Source: Hyphochytrium catenoides (lineage: Eukaryota > Protista > Hyphochytriomycota). Taken from it: a stretch of DNA of 64,000 nt. Location: contig FLMG01000171.1 of assembly GCA_900088475.1 (NCBI GenBank), forward strand, positions 1-64,000. The letters run 5' to 3'. Positions 51,858-64,000 of the stretch are shown piece after piece. The notes beneath the pieces are model-generated. The model ran no database searches and had not been told where the DNA came from. It worked only from the letters and a program-made list of their open reading frames with translations. Position 1 is the first letter of the stretch. Every line of letters begins with the position of its first letter. The translations under genes and the position numbers were made by a program.

Positions 51858-54049
51858 ATGGACGAAAGTAACGTCAGTCAGCGAGCTATGTGTGGGCAAA
51901 GTGGGAGAGCGGCCCCCGTTGTCCGAGTGCTCGATACTTCTTCAGCCACCAAGAAGGTGTTGAGGAGGCCCCGCCCCTCAACCATTTTGAAGGTAATGGA
52001 TAACCTTCTTTCCTTGACACGTTTGGGAGCTTCGGGCTAACCTTTGGACCAGGGTCATCGAGGAGTATCAGCCGCCGTACCCCTATCAAAGGCTGGAGAG
52101 AACGAAGTACCAAACTCAATAGAGGCTCGACCTGTGGACCAGGGCCGAGTCTTTCTGAGGAGATCGAAGGAGAAGTGGGAATCCCAGCGGCATTTGCGAG
52201 ACACGACAACGGGCCCAAGAAGCACTTCCTTAGGCCACAATAAACCAGTTGAAGTCGCGCTTTCGGGACAAGTGAAGGTAACATATTGTCATTGTAGGTT
52301 TCATGGTATGGCATTAACGGCTAAAACAACCTAGCCACAGAGACAGTTCGGTCTGAGTCAAGGCCATTTGCAGACCCCTAAAGAATCAAACTTCGGGTTC
52401 GCATCAGACCCACATGTCTCTTCCTCCTCTGCTTTGCCTTTTGCCGGGCCTGCTATGGGTACCGGAGCAAAGTCAAGAGTTGGTTTCCGTCAGCGTTCTA
52501 GGGAGAGATGGATGAAGAGCAAAGAACTTCGAAATGTTGATGAGCAATTGCGACTTGCAGAGGCTTCAAGTGAGCCTTGGACAAAACCGATAAATACCAG
52601 CGAGTTGCAAAGCAGCGGTAGCGCAGAGTCTCGTCCTGGGCAGGTCAGAGTCAGAGAGTTCTCTCGATTCTTCTATTCCTTCCTCTTGGCAGATGCCTTC
52701 TAACTCTAGTACAGCCTGGGGACATGACGCAGCTGCTCGACGACTCGCTGAAGCTGCAGTATGAGAAGACTCCGACTAGAGAGGTAGATAATAACAGAAG
52801 CTCGGTTGACTCTGGGCTTGAGGATCGCAGCCGAATGGCACCTGGGGAGTTCCCGCGAAGGAAAAGGTAACTTGGCCCCTAACTAGGTACCACATCTCAT
52901 CTAACCAGGATTGGACTAGCGCCTACCTCAAATGGCAGGAAACCCGCAGTCTGCGAGATGAGGGTTCCGCGCTCTACTCAAAGTTAACCTTGCTGGACGC
53001 GGGAAACGAGAAGCCATCTCTGACTCAACAAACTTACAAATCGCCCACAAATGAATCTTCTCCTGAATATTGGCGGGACAAGCTCACTGAGTTTTATGCC
53101 AAGCATAATCCTTCCAAATTAAACTCAGTAGAAAGCGCCTTGAAACAATACGCAGGTCGCTACGAAGAAATGTGGAAGAAGCTGCAGGAAAAATATCTTG
53201 GCCCAGGGTGCGTGGATGCTTTCGTCAAATCACGCGATGCTAGGTATCGATTTCTGACCTCTTCGCTAGGCTGCTAGCTCAACCCCGCAAATTTATAACT
53301 TCCGAGCGGCACCCACGAGTCTTCATGGACATCTCCATAGGAGGGCTAAGAGCGGGCCGCATAGTTATGCGCTTGCTTGACGATCAAACGCCATTGGCCG
53401 CAGAGAACTTTCGCTGTTTATGCACAGGAGAAAAGGTTAGTAACCTCTCCTCCGTTAATTAGCCAGATTCTGACTACCTCCATAGGGACCACAACTTTGC
53501 TACAAAGGGAGTCGTTTCCATAGAGTGATCAAGAACTTCATGGTTCAAGGAGGAGGTACGAGATTAGCGCTTGCTCCAACAGCCGTGAACCAGGGGACAT
53601 CTTCCCTCTGTCTATCTCACGCCCATGTGTTTTGTGTAGACATCACGAATGGGGATGGCACCGGTGGCGTGAGCATTTATGGTGGAACAGAGCATGGAGA
53701 CCTATGGGGCAATTTCAAGGATGAGAAGTTTCTCCCTCACGACTCAGCAGGGCTGCTATCGATGGCCAATGATGGTCCCAATCGTAATGGTTCCCAGGTA
53801 TTGATGGACCTCTCTCTGTTGCGTCTAGCGCCATCTCACTTATCTTATCTTCCGTCCATACTGCAGTTTTTTATCACAACCAGATCCTCCCTCTCTCATC
53901 TAGATGGGAAGCATGTGGTTTTTGGAGAGGTTACTGAAGGGCTTGAAGTGGTTGACAAGATGCAAGGCGTCACGGTGGGAAAGAACTCCATGCCCACGCC
54001 GGACGGCGCCATTGTGGTGGAAGACTGTGGCCAACTTACATCTTGCTAA
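51858..54049 (+). CDS. Multidomain cyclophilin-type PPIase with long N-terminal extension and small helical domain
   Basis: [83 protein letters not shown]; upstream domain [43 protein letters not shown]. The 5' exons and start are uncertain. Confidence 0.88.
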
Positions 54050-55616
54050 GAATTGGCCTCCTACTCTTGCGACGAAGCTTACCGCAAGGCTACCAAAGAA
54101 GCTTGCCCTCCCACATAAGATCGAAGGGCACTACGTGAGGACTCTATAACATAGACGCCTGCATCCCATTCCCTGTGGGATCGTAGCACGAAGAGCGCAC
54201 CCCTAGGGTCGTGACACTCGACTTGCACACTTCGGTGGGTCCTTAACACCAACCTATGTCCCTACTTTCTGTCGTGACCCTCGACTCTGCGCAGCCAATA
54301 GATGTTGTGGTCGGCGAAGCTATCGGAAGATGTCACTAGTGCAGAGAGGAGTTCTACCTTAAACCGCTCCTGGCAGCGTTAATATATATGGGTGAATGGC
54401 TCTCTTCCGCAGCGTCTAGGATATGTTGTCTGTCTTCATAGGTATCCTCAACCAGGCGGACTCAGAGTGCAGGGAAACGGTACGGACGCTTCTCCTACCC
54501 AGGGTCACCTGTTGCAAATCTCCACCGCACAGAAGCGTCATCAAAGCATTGATAGATTTGGCTTTCATGTGTGCTAGAACCTTGGAAGGAGATTTGTTGC
54601 TCGTAGTCTGCCCCATCATTTATGCCCCATCTTGCCTTCCCCATCTTCTTCAAAGCACGAGAAAATACTTTGAGTCAAGCTTTAGGAGAGCACTATAGGA
54701 TGCGTCCACACCAGCGTCTGCACGCACAGCAACTCTCGGTTTCGTGCCTTGAGAGGGCCAGCACTGGAGCTGTAAAATATCTTCAAGGTGCAGACATGGA
54801 CACCTAGTATTCTATTCCAAGGGCCTGCGGTATGCCATTCTGCCTCGCATGGACAAGTTCACTAGCTACGAGCCGCTCGAACTACCGCAAGTTCCACTGA
54901 ATTGCGGACCTAGTTTCCCTTCGTGCACTGGGAGAAGCTTAATGAGAGAGCCAACGTTCGAGTGCCTCTTAGAGAGGGGCATTAGGTCAGCTATGGTCGC
55001 ACGAGGGTTTTCTATCAACTCCTGGGCTGGTGGTCGATGGCACATCTTTGGAGTCAAGCCGACTAATACGGGAGGTTGGACGAAGAGGATGCACAAGAGG
55101 CGACGCATCTAAAAGCATTATCTCCTAGATTAGATTAGGGCCTACCTCACAGGCACCAGTAGCAAGGTTCCTTACCTTCTCTTCTAACTACTGGTACAGT
55201 CTGCAGCTGAGATGGCCATCGCCTCCTTGTTGAGTTCAGCAGCAATGAATGCAGCTGAAATCCGGGCACCAACTAGGGACCGCTTACATCTTCTGAGGCC
55301 TCAGGGAGGGTAGACTGGCTGACTCCAATCCTTTCACTTGAAGAACTACTGGGACTGGGCCTATTAGCCCACGGGTCTCAGTGTCACATCGTCTCCTTTA
55401 TGATGAGTAGACGCGGTTGACGAGTTGACGACGGTTGAGAAGACAATTCAGCTCGTCTCATCAGATGTCAAAAGTTGCTCTAAAAAGCAATGTTAAAACT
55501 ACTCGTATTATTATTGACGATGTTGTCCGTTTTCCCCGTGTGCTGTGTCTCCATATTAGCTGGAAACCGCTAGATGTGAGATTCTGATGAAGTTTTGCTG
55601 ACAAATCTTCATAAAT

Positions 55617-55645
55617 GCGATGCTGGGCGATGCTGGGCGTTGCTG
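55617..55645. repeat. Short 10-bp tandem repeat (gcgatgctgg x about 3)
   Basis: gcgatgctgg gcgatgctgg gcgttgctg upstream of the BTAF1 start. Confidence 0.7.
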
Positions 55646-55897
55646 AGAGTTTGACGCGTCAAACAGGTCTTCTATTCAGTTCGTACATGAAGACACTGGG
55701 TTTATAAAGGAACAGTAGCAGAGAACGAGGAAGAGGTACTTCCGCCATGGACCGTCCATGTGCTGACATTGCTGTTGATGCGAGCACCCTAGCCGAGGTT
55801 CCGTGTCAGCGGATGGCGGAAGGAGGGTGAACTTGCCTCGTGACCACCTGTCGATGGCAGAGACATGTCTGTGATCTGAGGGGCTTGAACGACAGAA

Positions 55898-58800
55898 ATG
55901 GCATCATCTTCTCACGCTGTCGAGCAGCAGAATGCCGCCGCCAGCAAAAATGCTGTGAACTCCATTGAGGACCTTCTGGGCCTTCTGCAAGGTAGAGCTT
56001 TTGCCTCATATATCCTCTCCCTGATCTCGTTCCTGAGCTCTAGCTGACACTCGTTTCCGTCCAATGTTGTGTCACTGTAGTGAGAGACGTTAGCTGCGAT
56101 GTGCGACGGAAGGTGGCCAGACAGATTGGAGACATTGCAGCGAACAACCCTCAGTTGACTTCCTTTCTTATCGCTAAGGTACGATTCTAGTGCCTGACTG
56201 GGCTCATCCCGTCGTACATCTGCTTGACTCTCTGCTGTTCTTTGTACAGATCAAGGAGCTGCTCCGAGATAAGGAATGGACTGTGCGGCTCTCAGCTGCC
56301 TTTGCCTTGAGCCAAGTCCTGCGAGCGCCGCACTTCGACACCCAGCAGCTGGCAGGTATGTCTGACGCGGGAACTCGCACACTTTCCGACTATTTGTGAG
56401 AACAGTAAGCACTAAGCTCCTGCTGCAGACATTTCACTATCCGCTCAAGAAGGTCTCCGCCTTAAAGATATTGACTTCCAGAATGTCATCAAAGTGGCCG
56501 AACCCCTTGTCGCTTCAGGAGGAGAGGTATCTTTCATCAGTGTTCGCCAAGCGCTGGGAGGGTTAAACCTCTTTACTGTTCTTCTCCTTCTGATAGGAAT
56601 ATGACTTAGACGGCAGTTGGCAATCCATGGACCTCGTCGAGAGGTCAAAGGTTCAACGGCGACTCTTCCTTGTGCGAATAGGCCAGGAAGCAGGGAGTAA
56701 AACGGTTCGGACAGCTCAAAAGTTCTCCCATCTTGAAGAGCTCGTGAGCACAGAAGATATAGTAGTGGAAGAGGGCCCACCGCAAAAGAAAACGAAGCGG
56801 ACCTTGGAATCGTCTCTCAGTATTCAAAAGAGTGGGCAACAGGACACCAGCGACCCTGTTTTCAGAGGTGCGCTGGGACATGCCTTTGGCTACTCTTTCC
56901 TCTATATAATCTCTCTTATGCTATCATACTAGCTACTCACCAGACTTGATCTCTCAGTCGGCTGAAGAACCTATCACATGAGCTTGTCCATACCTGATCC
57001 CGCCCTCTCTACAGATAAACCTAGCGAGCAGGCAGCTGTACCGCCCATTGGATCCATAGTGCTGGATTATCTCCTGCTTCTCTTCGACCCGGTGTGGACA
57101 TCTAGACATGGAGCCCTGTTGGGCCTTCGGGAACTGCTGCCTGTGATTATCCCCCTGCCTGAAGGAAAGTCGTTTTTGCAAAAGGGGAGTTTTAGCGAGA
57201 GCCATCTGGACAATCTGATAGAAGAGATTGTTGTCCGCTGTCTCTGTCTAGTAGCTATGGACCGCTTCAACGATTTTTCTGGGTCAGTTGCCGTTGTATC
57301 GCCCGTGAGAGAAGCTGCTGCTCAGGTGTTGGCTATTACGGTAAGTTTGATTAAGTCCTGGGCATCGGATGCACGGCCGTTCTCTGTTTGTAACATGGAG
57401 CTTTCAACAAGCCGCGTGACTCTTCCTCTGTGGATTTTCCGCATTGTTCTCGCAATGTCGCCAAAGTGGCTGGACGTACCAAATTGATAGCTCATTCCAC
57501 TCTATTTTGGGCTTCTTGCTCTGGCTCAGGTCATCCGAAAGCTCCTTCACTCGCCGCAAGCTGCAGCGGAGGGCCTCGCTGCTTTCCATTCCCTTCTGAC
57601 GACTTATAGTCTGGAGGCTTGCTGGGAAGTCCGTCATGGCGCTGCACTTTGCTGCAAGTACATGTTGAAGACTTCCCAGGATTTCTTGAGTGCAGAGCAG
57701 GAAGGGAAACAATATAACAGAGAAGACGAGACCTTCTGGGACATCGGCGCTCAGTTTTTGCCCCTACTCCAACGAATGATGATGGGAGAAGCCAACGACG
57801 ACGTAAAGGTAGTTTGAAGCCTACCTAGCTCTCACCAGCAATCTTCCCTTGGTGGCCATGGTGAAGCCCGCCTTTTGAGTGTGCAGTTCTTTCTTTCAAT
57901 GCGATCCCACTGAAAGAATCTAAGATTTGTTCTCGATATTTATCTGATCGCTAAATAACGATCTAGACAAAAAAGCTGAGACTTCTTTTGTAGGCTGTAT
58001 GCATATCAGCCATCCCGGACTGCCAGAGCATTATACTGCGCTTCGCAAAGGAGCAACCTAGAAAGAGAAGAGAACTCTTGAGCTTTTTGTTCTACACACT
58101 TCAAGAGGCACAAAAAGTTGAAAAGCTTCAGATGGCGAGCACTGCAGAGAGTATTCGTGCGTTAGCTACGTTATTGTCATTGAAGGAAGTAGGAAGGTCT
58201 GATGGGTCCAGTCCTGAAACCGCGTGGCTCGAAGAGATAGACGAGGGACCATTCCTATCAGTGCTGGAATTGTTGGCGTCCTGTCTTTCCCCTACAACGC
58301 CTTCAATGGCTTTAAGGAGGAGCGCTCTGTCGTCACTTATTCAGCTTCTAACAGCCAATGCGGACCGGATGTCCCAGCACTGTTCTCCTACCTTTTCGTT
58401 GAGGAAGACCACTCTGTTCAAGACTTTAATGTTGGTATTTCTTGATGAAGAGGAAAAAGATGATATTGGGGCAGACAAAGAAGAAGTCATAATGCGCCTA
58501 GTAGAGGCCTTCACACAGGGTAAGCTAGGATCGCATTGTTCGTTCTTTACGGCCTTGTTCCTCTCTGCTTAGAGTCGTAAAATATTGGTCACTGCTAGTC
58601 CTGACTTGTAGTCTAGATACCGTGCCACTCTCTCCCCATATCTCTCTGTTGGAGTCAGTGCTAAGAGACAGCTTGCAGATACGCTGGAGGCAGCGCTGGT
58701 AAGCTTCTACCCGGAATGGCTGTCGATCGTGGAATGTCAGTCCGTCTGGCACAGGGACTCCACCATTCCGTTGAAGGCAGATTCTAAACAAGGACGAGAC

Positions 58801-61800
58801 AAAAGTGGTGGAGAGTCAGGGGTAACCTGGGTCACTATCACTCAGCAGGTGGCGCTCAGTAAAAGCTTTGGAAATGCCTTTGCCGCTCTCGTTGCTCGCG
58901 GAGGAAATGCCGGCTCACTCCCTGCGTTGCTAGAAAGCAAAGGAGTTCATCACTCATTGTCCGCGGCTGTAAAGATTTGTCGACTTGTGCTTCTTCAGTC
59001 ATTCTTCCGCGGGCTGCACTCTGCTAGCAAGCAAGTGGTCAACTGCAATGCAGGTACAAACTTTCCTCAGGCTGTAAATTCATTGAAGACCTCCCGCTTT
59101 GAATTCTTCCTCCTCTTCGTTGGTATATGGACTGAAACTATTATGTTAGTTCGAAGGATTTTCCAGTTGATAGATCCACACCTGAAGCCATCTGAAATTG
59201 AGGAAGAGGCACTCTATGCGGAGTGCGAGGTGTCACTTGCCCGATTGACCGCGGTAAGTGCTAACTCCACTGTTTTTTTTTGTTCCCAATCCTGCTTCTC
59301 TACCCTATATTGCGTCGTCTGGTCCTTCTGCTTAGTGCTTGTCAGAGGGCATGTCTGACNNNNNNNNNNNNNNNNNNNNNNNNNNNNNNNNNNNNNNNNN
59401 NNNNNNNNGGTCCCTTCACCATAAATGGAGTCCTTTTCCGCTTGGATTTACAACTTTCTCGTGCCTTTCCTTTTGCCTTGCGACTTTCCTTACGGTTCTG
59501 TTTCCGTAGAATTTGAGGGGTGTTATGAGTACTGTGAAAGAGGTCTTACAAGGAGAATACCAAGCACTGGCCGCTCTTGAAGAGCTCGAACGTCTTGAGC
59601 CACATTGTGTGACGCTTCGGAAGTTGGGGGCTTTGAGCGAAGCGCTCAGAGTATGCTTAGGAGATATCAAGGGCAAGCTAGAATCAGGTAGGGTTCTTTC
59701 TATCGTAGCTCTCGAAGTCCTTACCCTGACAACTAGATACGATAGTCAATTTGAACTTCCATTGCTCGGTTAAGGCCACTCTAAGGTCACTCATTGCCTC
59801 GAATCAGTCATCCTGCCACTCTCGAGAGCGGAAAGCCCGTACTTGGCTACTCTGATGTACTGTACCTTATCAAAACTTTTTTTGGTGCAGACCGTCTCAT
59901 CTATGTCGCTCAAAGAATTGAGAACATAACAAGTGCGGGAAGAGAAGTTGAAACTCTGCAGAAAACGCTAGGTTTACGAGTCGAGGGGTTGGCAGCAGCC
60001 GCGTTAGAGTCTGCAATAAAAATTCCCCTATCGCCCCCCTTCCTGCCTCTCCCCTCCTCCTTGAATAGCCTCATACGCCCGCTCATGAGTCTTTTGAAGG
60101 CGGAGAAGGATAAAGCTCTGTTAAGGTGCTAAGAATCTCTCCACGTGTCCTTTACCTCCTTCGATGGATTTGGTTGGTGTTAGTCCACTCCCTTGTTTGC
60201 TGCATTGCCCTCCTAATCGCATCATTGGCAGCATTGTCGGTGACAGCATTGCAAACCTAAGTCACAAAATCATGCAGTTCCAAAAGAAGGTATGTAGTAG
60301 TAATCTCTGGGCAGTCTTCTTCCCTACCGATGGCGCTGCAGGTCGTAGGCCTCATTTTCTTCCTCTTTGCTCGGTCCGCTCTCCTTTTCTAGGCGAATAA
60401 CAAAGTGAACCGAAAGATATGCCAAAACCTATGTGCCTATGCCCTGCACAAATCTCAAGACAAAGTTGAAGGTAAAAGGTGTAAAAATGGGGTCGTTGTT
60501 CGCCAGACCTATCTTCCCGCTTTGATTTTTGAATAAGCACTTCCTTTCCCTATCATTCGGATGGGTTCCAAAATCTCGTGGATGGCTAGATAGTAAGCAT
60601 GGGGGAGAACAAGGTCTCCTGTCAATGCTAAACCTCTATGGAGCCAATCTGCTGGAACAAATGCCCTTGCTAAAGGACTCACTTCACGGAAAAATGGAGG
60701 TGATCTAGGATTAGACCTGCTAACCCCTTATAACGCACTCAAAGCCACCTCCGTTCTCCACACATTGTTCCTTTTTCTTTAAATATCTTGCTTGGACTGG
60801 CTAACTACGACGTTATGTCCGCTGTCCGACTACTTGGCCGATTCGGGGTCGAGCCTTCCGGGGTTACCTTGCCTCTTTCAATCTTTGATCCCTCCTTCAG
60901 ACATGATTATCTTTATCCGATGCTTTTTAACATAGTCGCTTGGCATCGACCACGGCCTAGGGCTTCACCGACGAGTTACGGCTTCGTCTCCTACTGCTGC
61001 TACTATCTCACGCGTCTCCGGAGGAGGCACAGCAGGTAGCTTAACGGCTCAGATATGTGCCTGCTTCTTGTTACACTACTGCCACTTTCTATAGAGGTAG
61101 GCTTGACTCACTCCGTATTGGCAGTTTCGTCCCCTGGTCAAGCCTCTTCTGGAGTCCTTGAATGAAGAATTAGACCCTGTGATTCTCAGGTACTGTAACT
61201 CTTTTGCTTTGATGAAGCCGTTCGGTCTCTCTATCTGCGTCTCAACTACCTCTGTTGTCCTCTGTTTCTTTCTTACCTACTGCCAGACATTGACATCTGG
61301 ATCACGCAGGCTGACTGTCGAAGCTCTGAAGTACGTTTGGACGACAGACCGAAAGTCTTGTCGAGAGATGTTCGGAAGAGCTATCACGGCTACCATGGAC
61401 GCTTCCGGTACCGTGCTTATTCTATGCTAACGTACGCCATTTGTGGTTTCAATCTTGCTCGGTTTCTATCACTATTCGACCCATCAAGTCTCTCGCCATC
61501 CAAGGCCCCTGGAGCTCTGCTCTCTGCTCTGTTTATCTTTCCCAGGCCGGCGTAGCATCTCATCCCTATGCGCTAGTTCCTCAATCGCTGTAAACTTACC
61601 ATCATATACACAGAGACATCAGGACATTGTGTCCAAACTAGGGTTAATATGTTGATGGTTCTAAAAGAGCTTGTCTCCGTTCCTTGGGAGGCTGAGGATA
61701 TTGAAAGGGTTCTGCCGCCGGCTCTCCACCTTTCGCTTCTGTCACTGTCATCGGCTGATAGGCACTGCCGACGGACTGCGGCGTTTACGTTCTCCGCCCT

Positions 61801-64000
61801 GGTGCCCTTTCTCTCCTCGTTGCGACACAGCCTAAGCACAGGAGAGTTGATGCTCGGACAAGGACCCAGCATCGGCTTCTTGAAGGGACTTTTGGAGCCA
61901 CAGCTCTATCGATGCAGTGACGGGGAGTTGAAAGGTGAAGTTTCCTTTATCGTGCCCAATGTCATATGCACCTCACTCTCTAGAGACCCTCCCGGTGCCT
62001 ATCATGTGGTTTCATGGGGGTTGATTCTTACATTGCGGAATACTTCATATCTGCTTGCTCTAACGTTGGCCTCTTTTCCAGAGTTATTAGGAGAAGTGTT
62101 TCAGGATAAGATCAAGCTTAGACCTTATCAGAGGGAGGGTATATCATGGCTCCTCTATCTGCAAAAACACGGCCTGCATGGCGCTCTCTGTGATGACATG
62201 GGGCTGGGTAAGACAGTTCAGGTTAGTCACAACCAGCTCTATGGTGGGTTATAGGCTGCCAAGCAGGCAAAAGGATTGAAGGACACACCTGATGAGAGTA
62301 GGGCAAGCTGTTCAGGTGACGGCAGGGGTATTATCTATAAAGTCTGCAACGAGTTCTAAGGGCCAGTCAGATCCTCAGTGCAGGGTGGCAAGCTCGTAAG
62401 CATCTGGATTGAAAACCAACGCTTAGCCTTTCGTTTGTAACCTTTAGGTTCTCTGTGCAGTCCTCGCTCGAAAGCGAAGCTGCGAGCGACAAGGAAGGAA
62501 GACCCGTCCGAGCCTCGTCGTGTGCCCTGCCTCAGTGGTTGGCCACTGGCAACAGGAAGTGGTGAAATTTTTTGCTTCCATTCTTACTTGCGAGGCGTTC
62601 AGGGGCACAAGGTATGCACAAGAGGCAACTAGTATTACCGGCCTACCTCGCCAGTCGAAATGCCAATTCATTAAGCTTCTTGGTTCGCCATCTTTCCCTG
62701 AACCATAGTTGTTAATCGTACGCGAAACTTCAAATCCTCGGACGTTGACTCGATTATTCTACTTTTTCCTCCAAAGCTCCAAAGCTACAACTGCTCGCGG
62801 TCGTGAGAAGACCTCGTTCCCCTTTACTGAAACGAGGGAGGTCCCTGACGTGCTGGTTTGCTCCTACTCTATGCTCTGCAAATACCAAGTGGTATTGGCT
62901 AGCCTCCGCTGGTGCTACTGCATTTTAGATGAAGGTGTGAAGACATTTTATTTTTCGTTCTCTTTGGCCACCTGGCGGGCACTTTTTTATTGCTCCTTGC
63001 TGGGCAAAGTCATCTTTACTTCATACCTTGCGGGTGAAGAGGTTCGACCAGAACAGTCAAGCTGTTGTCTTAATCCACCTTCCTACTCTTTCCAGCACAC
63101 CTAATCAGAAATCAGAGTACAAAGACAGCACAAGCAGCTTTCTCCCTGGTGGCAGAATACAGGCTTGTCCTAAGTGGAACCCCAATACAGGTAGCCACAG
63201 AGGCCATGCAGTTTTTGGTATGCTAGAGAGAGTGGCAAGCGCTTGGGCCATAGGGAGACCATGAAGACTTAGGTGGGCGGCCCTGGACTCCAACTTGATA
63301 ACTACCTTCCTTGTGAAGGAGAGCCCGGTCATAGAATTTGGGGCGGATTGAGAGTCTTCAGAAGAGCAAATGACACTTTCTATCCCTAGAACAATGTATC
63401 TGATCTTTGGAGCCTCTTCGAGTTTTTGATGCCGGGCTACCTTGGGGACCTCAGTAGCTTCCGTGCCCAAACGCTAAGGAAGATATCACTGCTTCGCGGA
63501 GCTGGAAAGTTTAGGACCTCAGGAGTCTTAGATGAAGGTAGAGTGGACGTTCAGTTGACATTAGTTATGGTGATTTGGCCCACTTCGCATATCTCATCTG
63601 ATCCACTTTCTATGCCTTATTGTGAACTTTACCCGTCAGGTTCGTTGTCTGCCTATTGAGCAAGATGATTTGTTTCTTAATCTATCAATGGCCCATCCTT
63701 ACTCCCTTTCCCTTATCGTTTATAGGCTTCCAGGCTCTAGAACAGCTGCATGGGACTGTTTTGCCCTTCATATTACGTCGCTTAAAGAGTCAGGTACTTA
63801 AGGATCTACCACCCAAGATCATTCAGGATGTGCGTTGTGCACTTTCAGGACCTCAGGCAAGCCGTCATTTGCATTTGGTTCTCTCTGTCCCTAGCTTACT
63901 CCCTCTGCCTATCGCCACCCTTTTCGGATTTACTACCTCACAGGAGGAGCTATATAGTGCCGTTGTGAAGGCGTTCACTGGGAGGATGGAGAAAAAGGAC
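55898..64000 (+). CDS. BTAF1: MOT1/BTAF1 TBP-associated SNF2 ATPase (3' end beyond the window)
   Basis: HEAT-type N-terminus ([13 protein letters not shown].., [44 protein letters not shown]); SNF2 motifs [73 protein letters not shown]. Confidence 0.93.
59360..59408. other. Assembly gap (49 N), apparently within a BTAF1 intron
   Basis: Run of N characters. Confidence 0.99.

Overview
Gene-dense, intron-rich eukaryotic nuclear DNA, not prokaryotic. Introns are short GT-AG with CTAAC/CTGAC branch points, so most short ORFs in the track are exon fragments or antisense shadows. IFT88 and an ERICH3-like gene indicate a flagellated protist; a stramenopile-like source is my inference. I can assemble about 19 protein-coding genes, nearly all spliced: URI/prefoldin-like, dihydroxy-acid dehydratase, class I HDAC, Tudor-like/EF-hand protein, CAP-Gly-IQ-PPP-multi-EF-hand phosphatase (PPEF/rdgC-like), UAP56/SUB2, myristoylated CaMK-family kinase, ERICH3-like protein, a DgoK-DgoA fusion, snurportin-1, mitochondrial-type uS17, a lipoyl-domain/KGD4-like protein, WDR83, a FAM104-like protein, PEX13, glyoxalase II, IFT88, a multidomain cyclophilin and MOT1/BTAF1 (runs off the window). 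There is also a decayed LTR-retrotransposon gag/protease remnant with an inverted copy and a 57-bp duplicate of a host exon. The two strongest leads are (1) an intron-containing eukaryotic gene fusing the bacterial De Ley-Doudoroff enzymes DgoK and DgoA in operon order, with a possible mitochondrial presequence, and (2) a catalytic-core-less lipoyl-domain protein ending in KGD4/MRPS36-type motifs. Gene models were assembled by eye and family calls come from recalled motifs; no searches were run.
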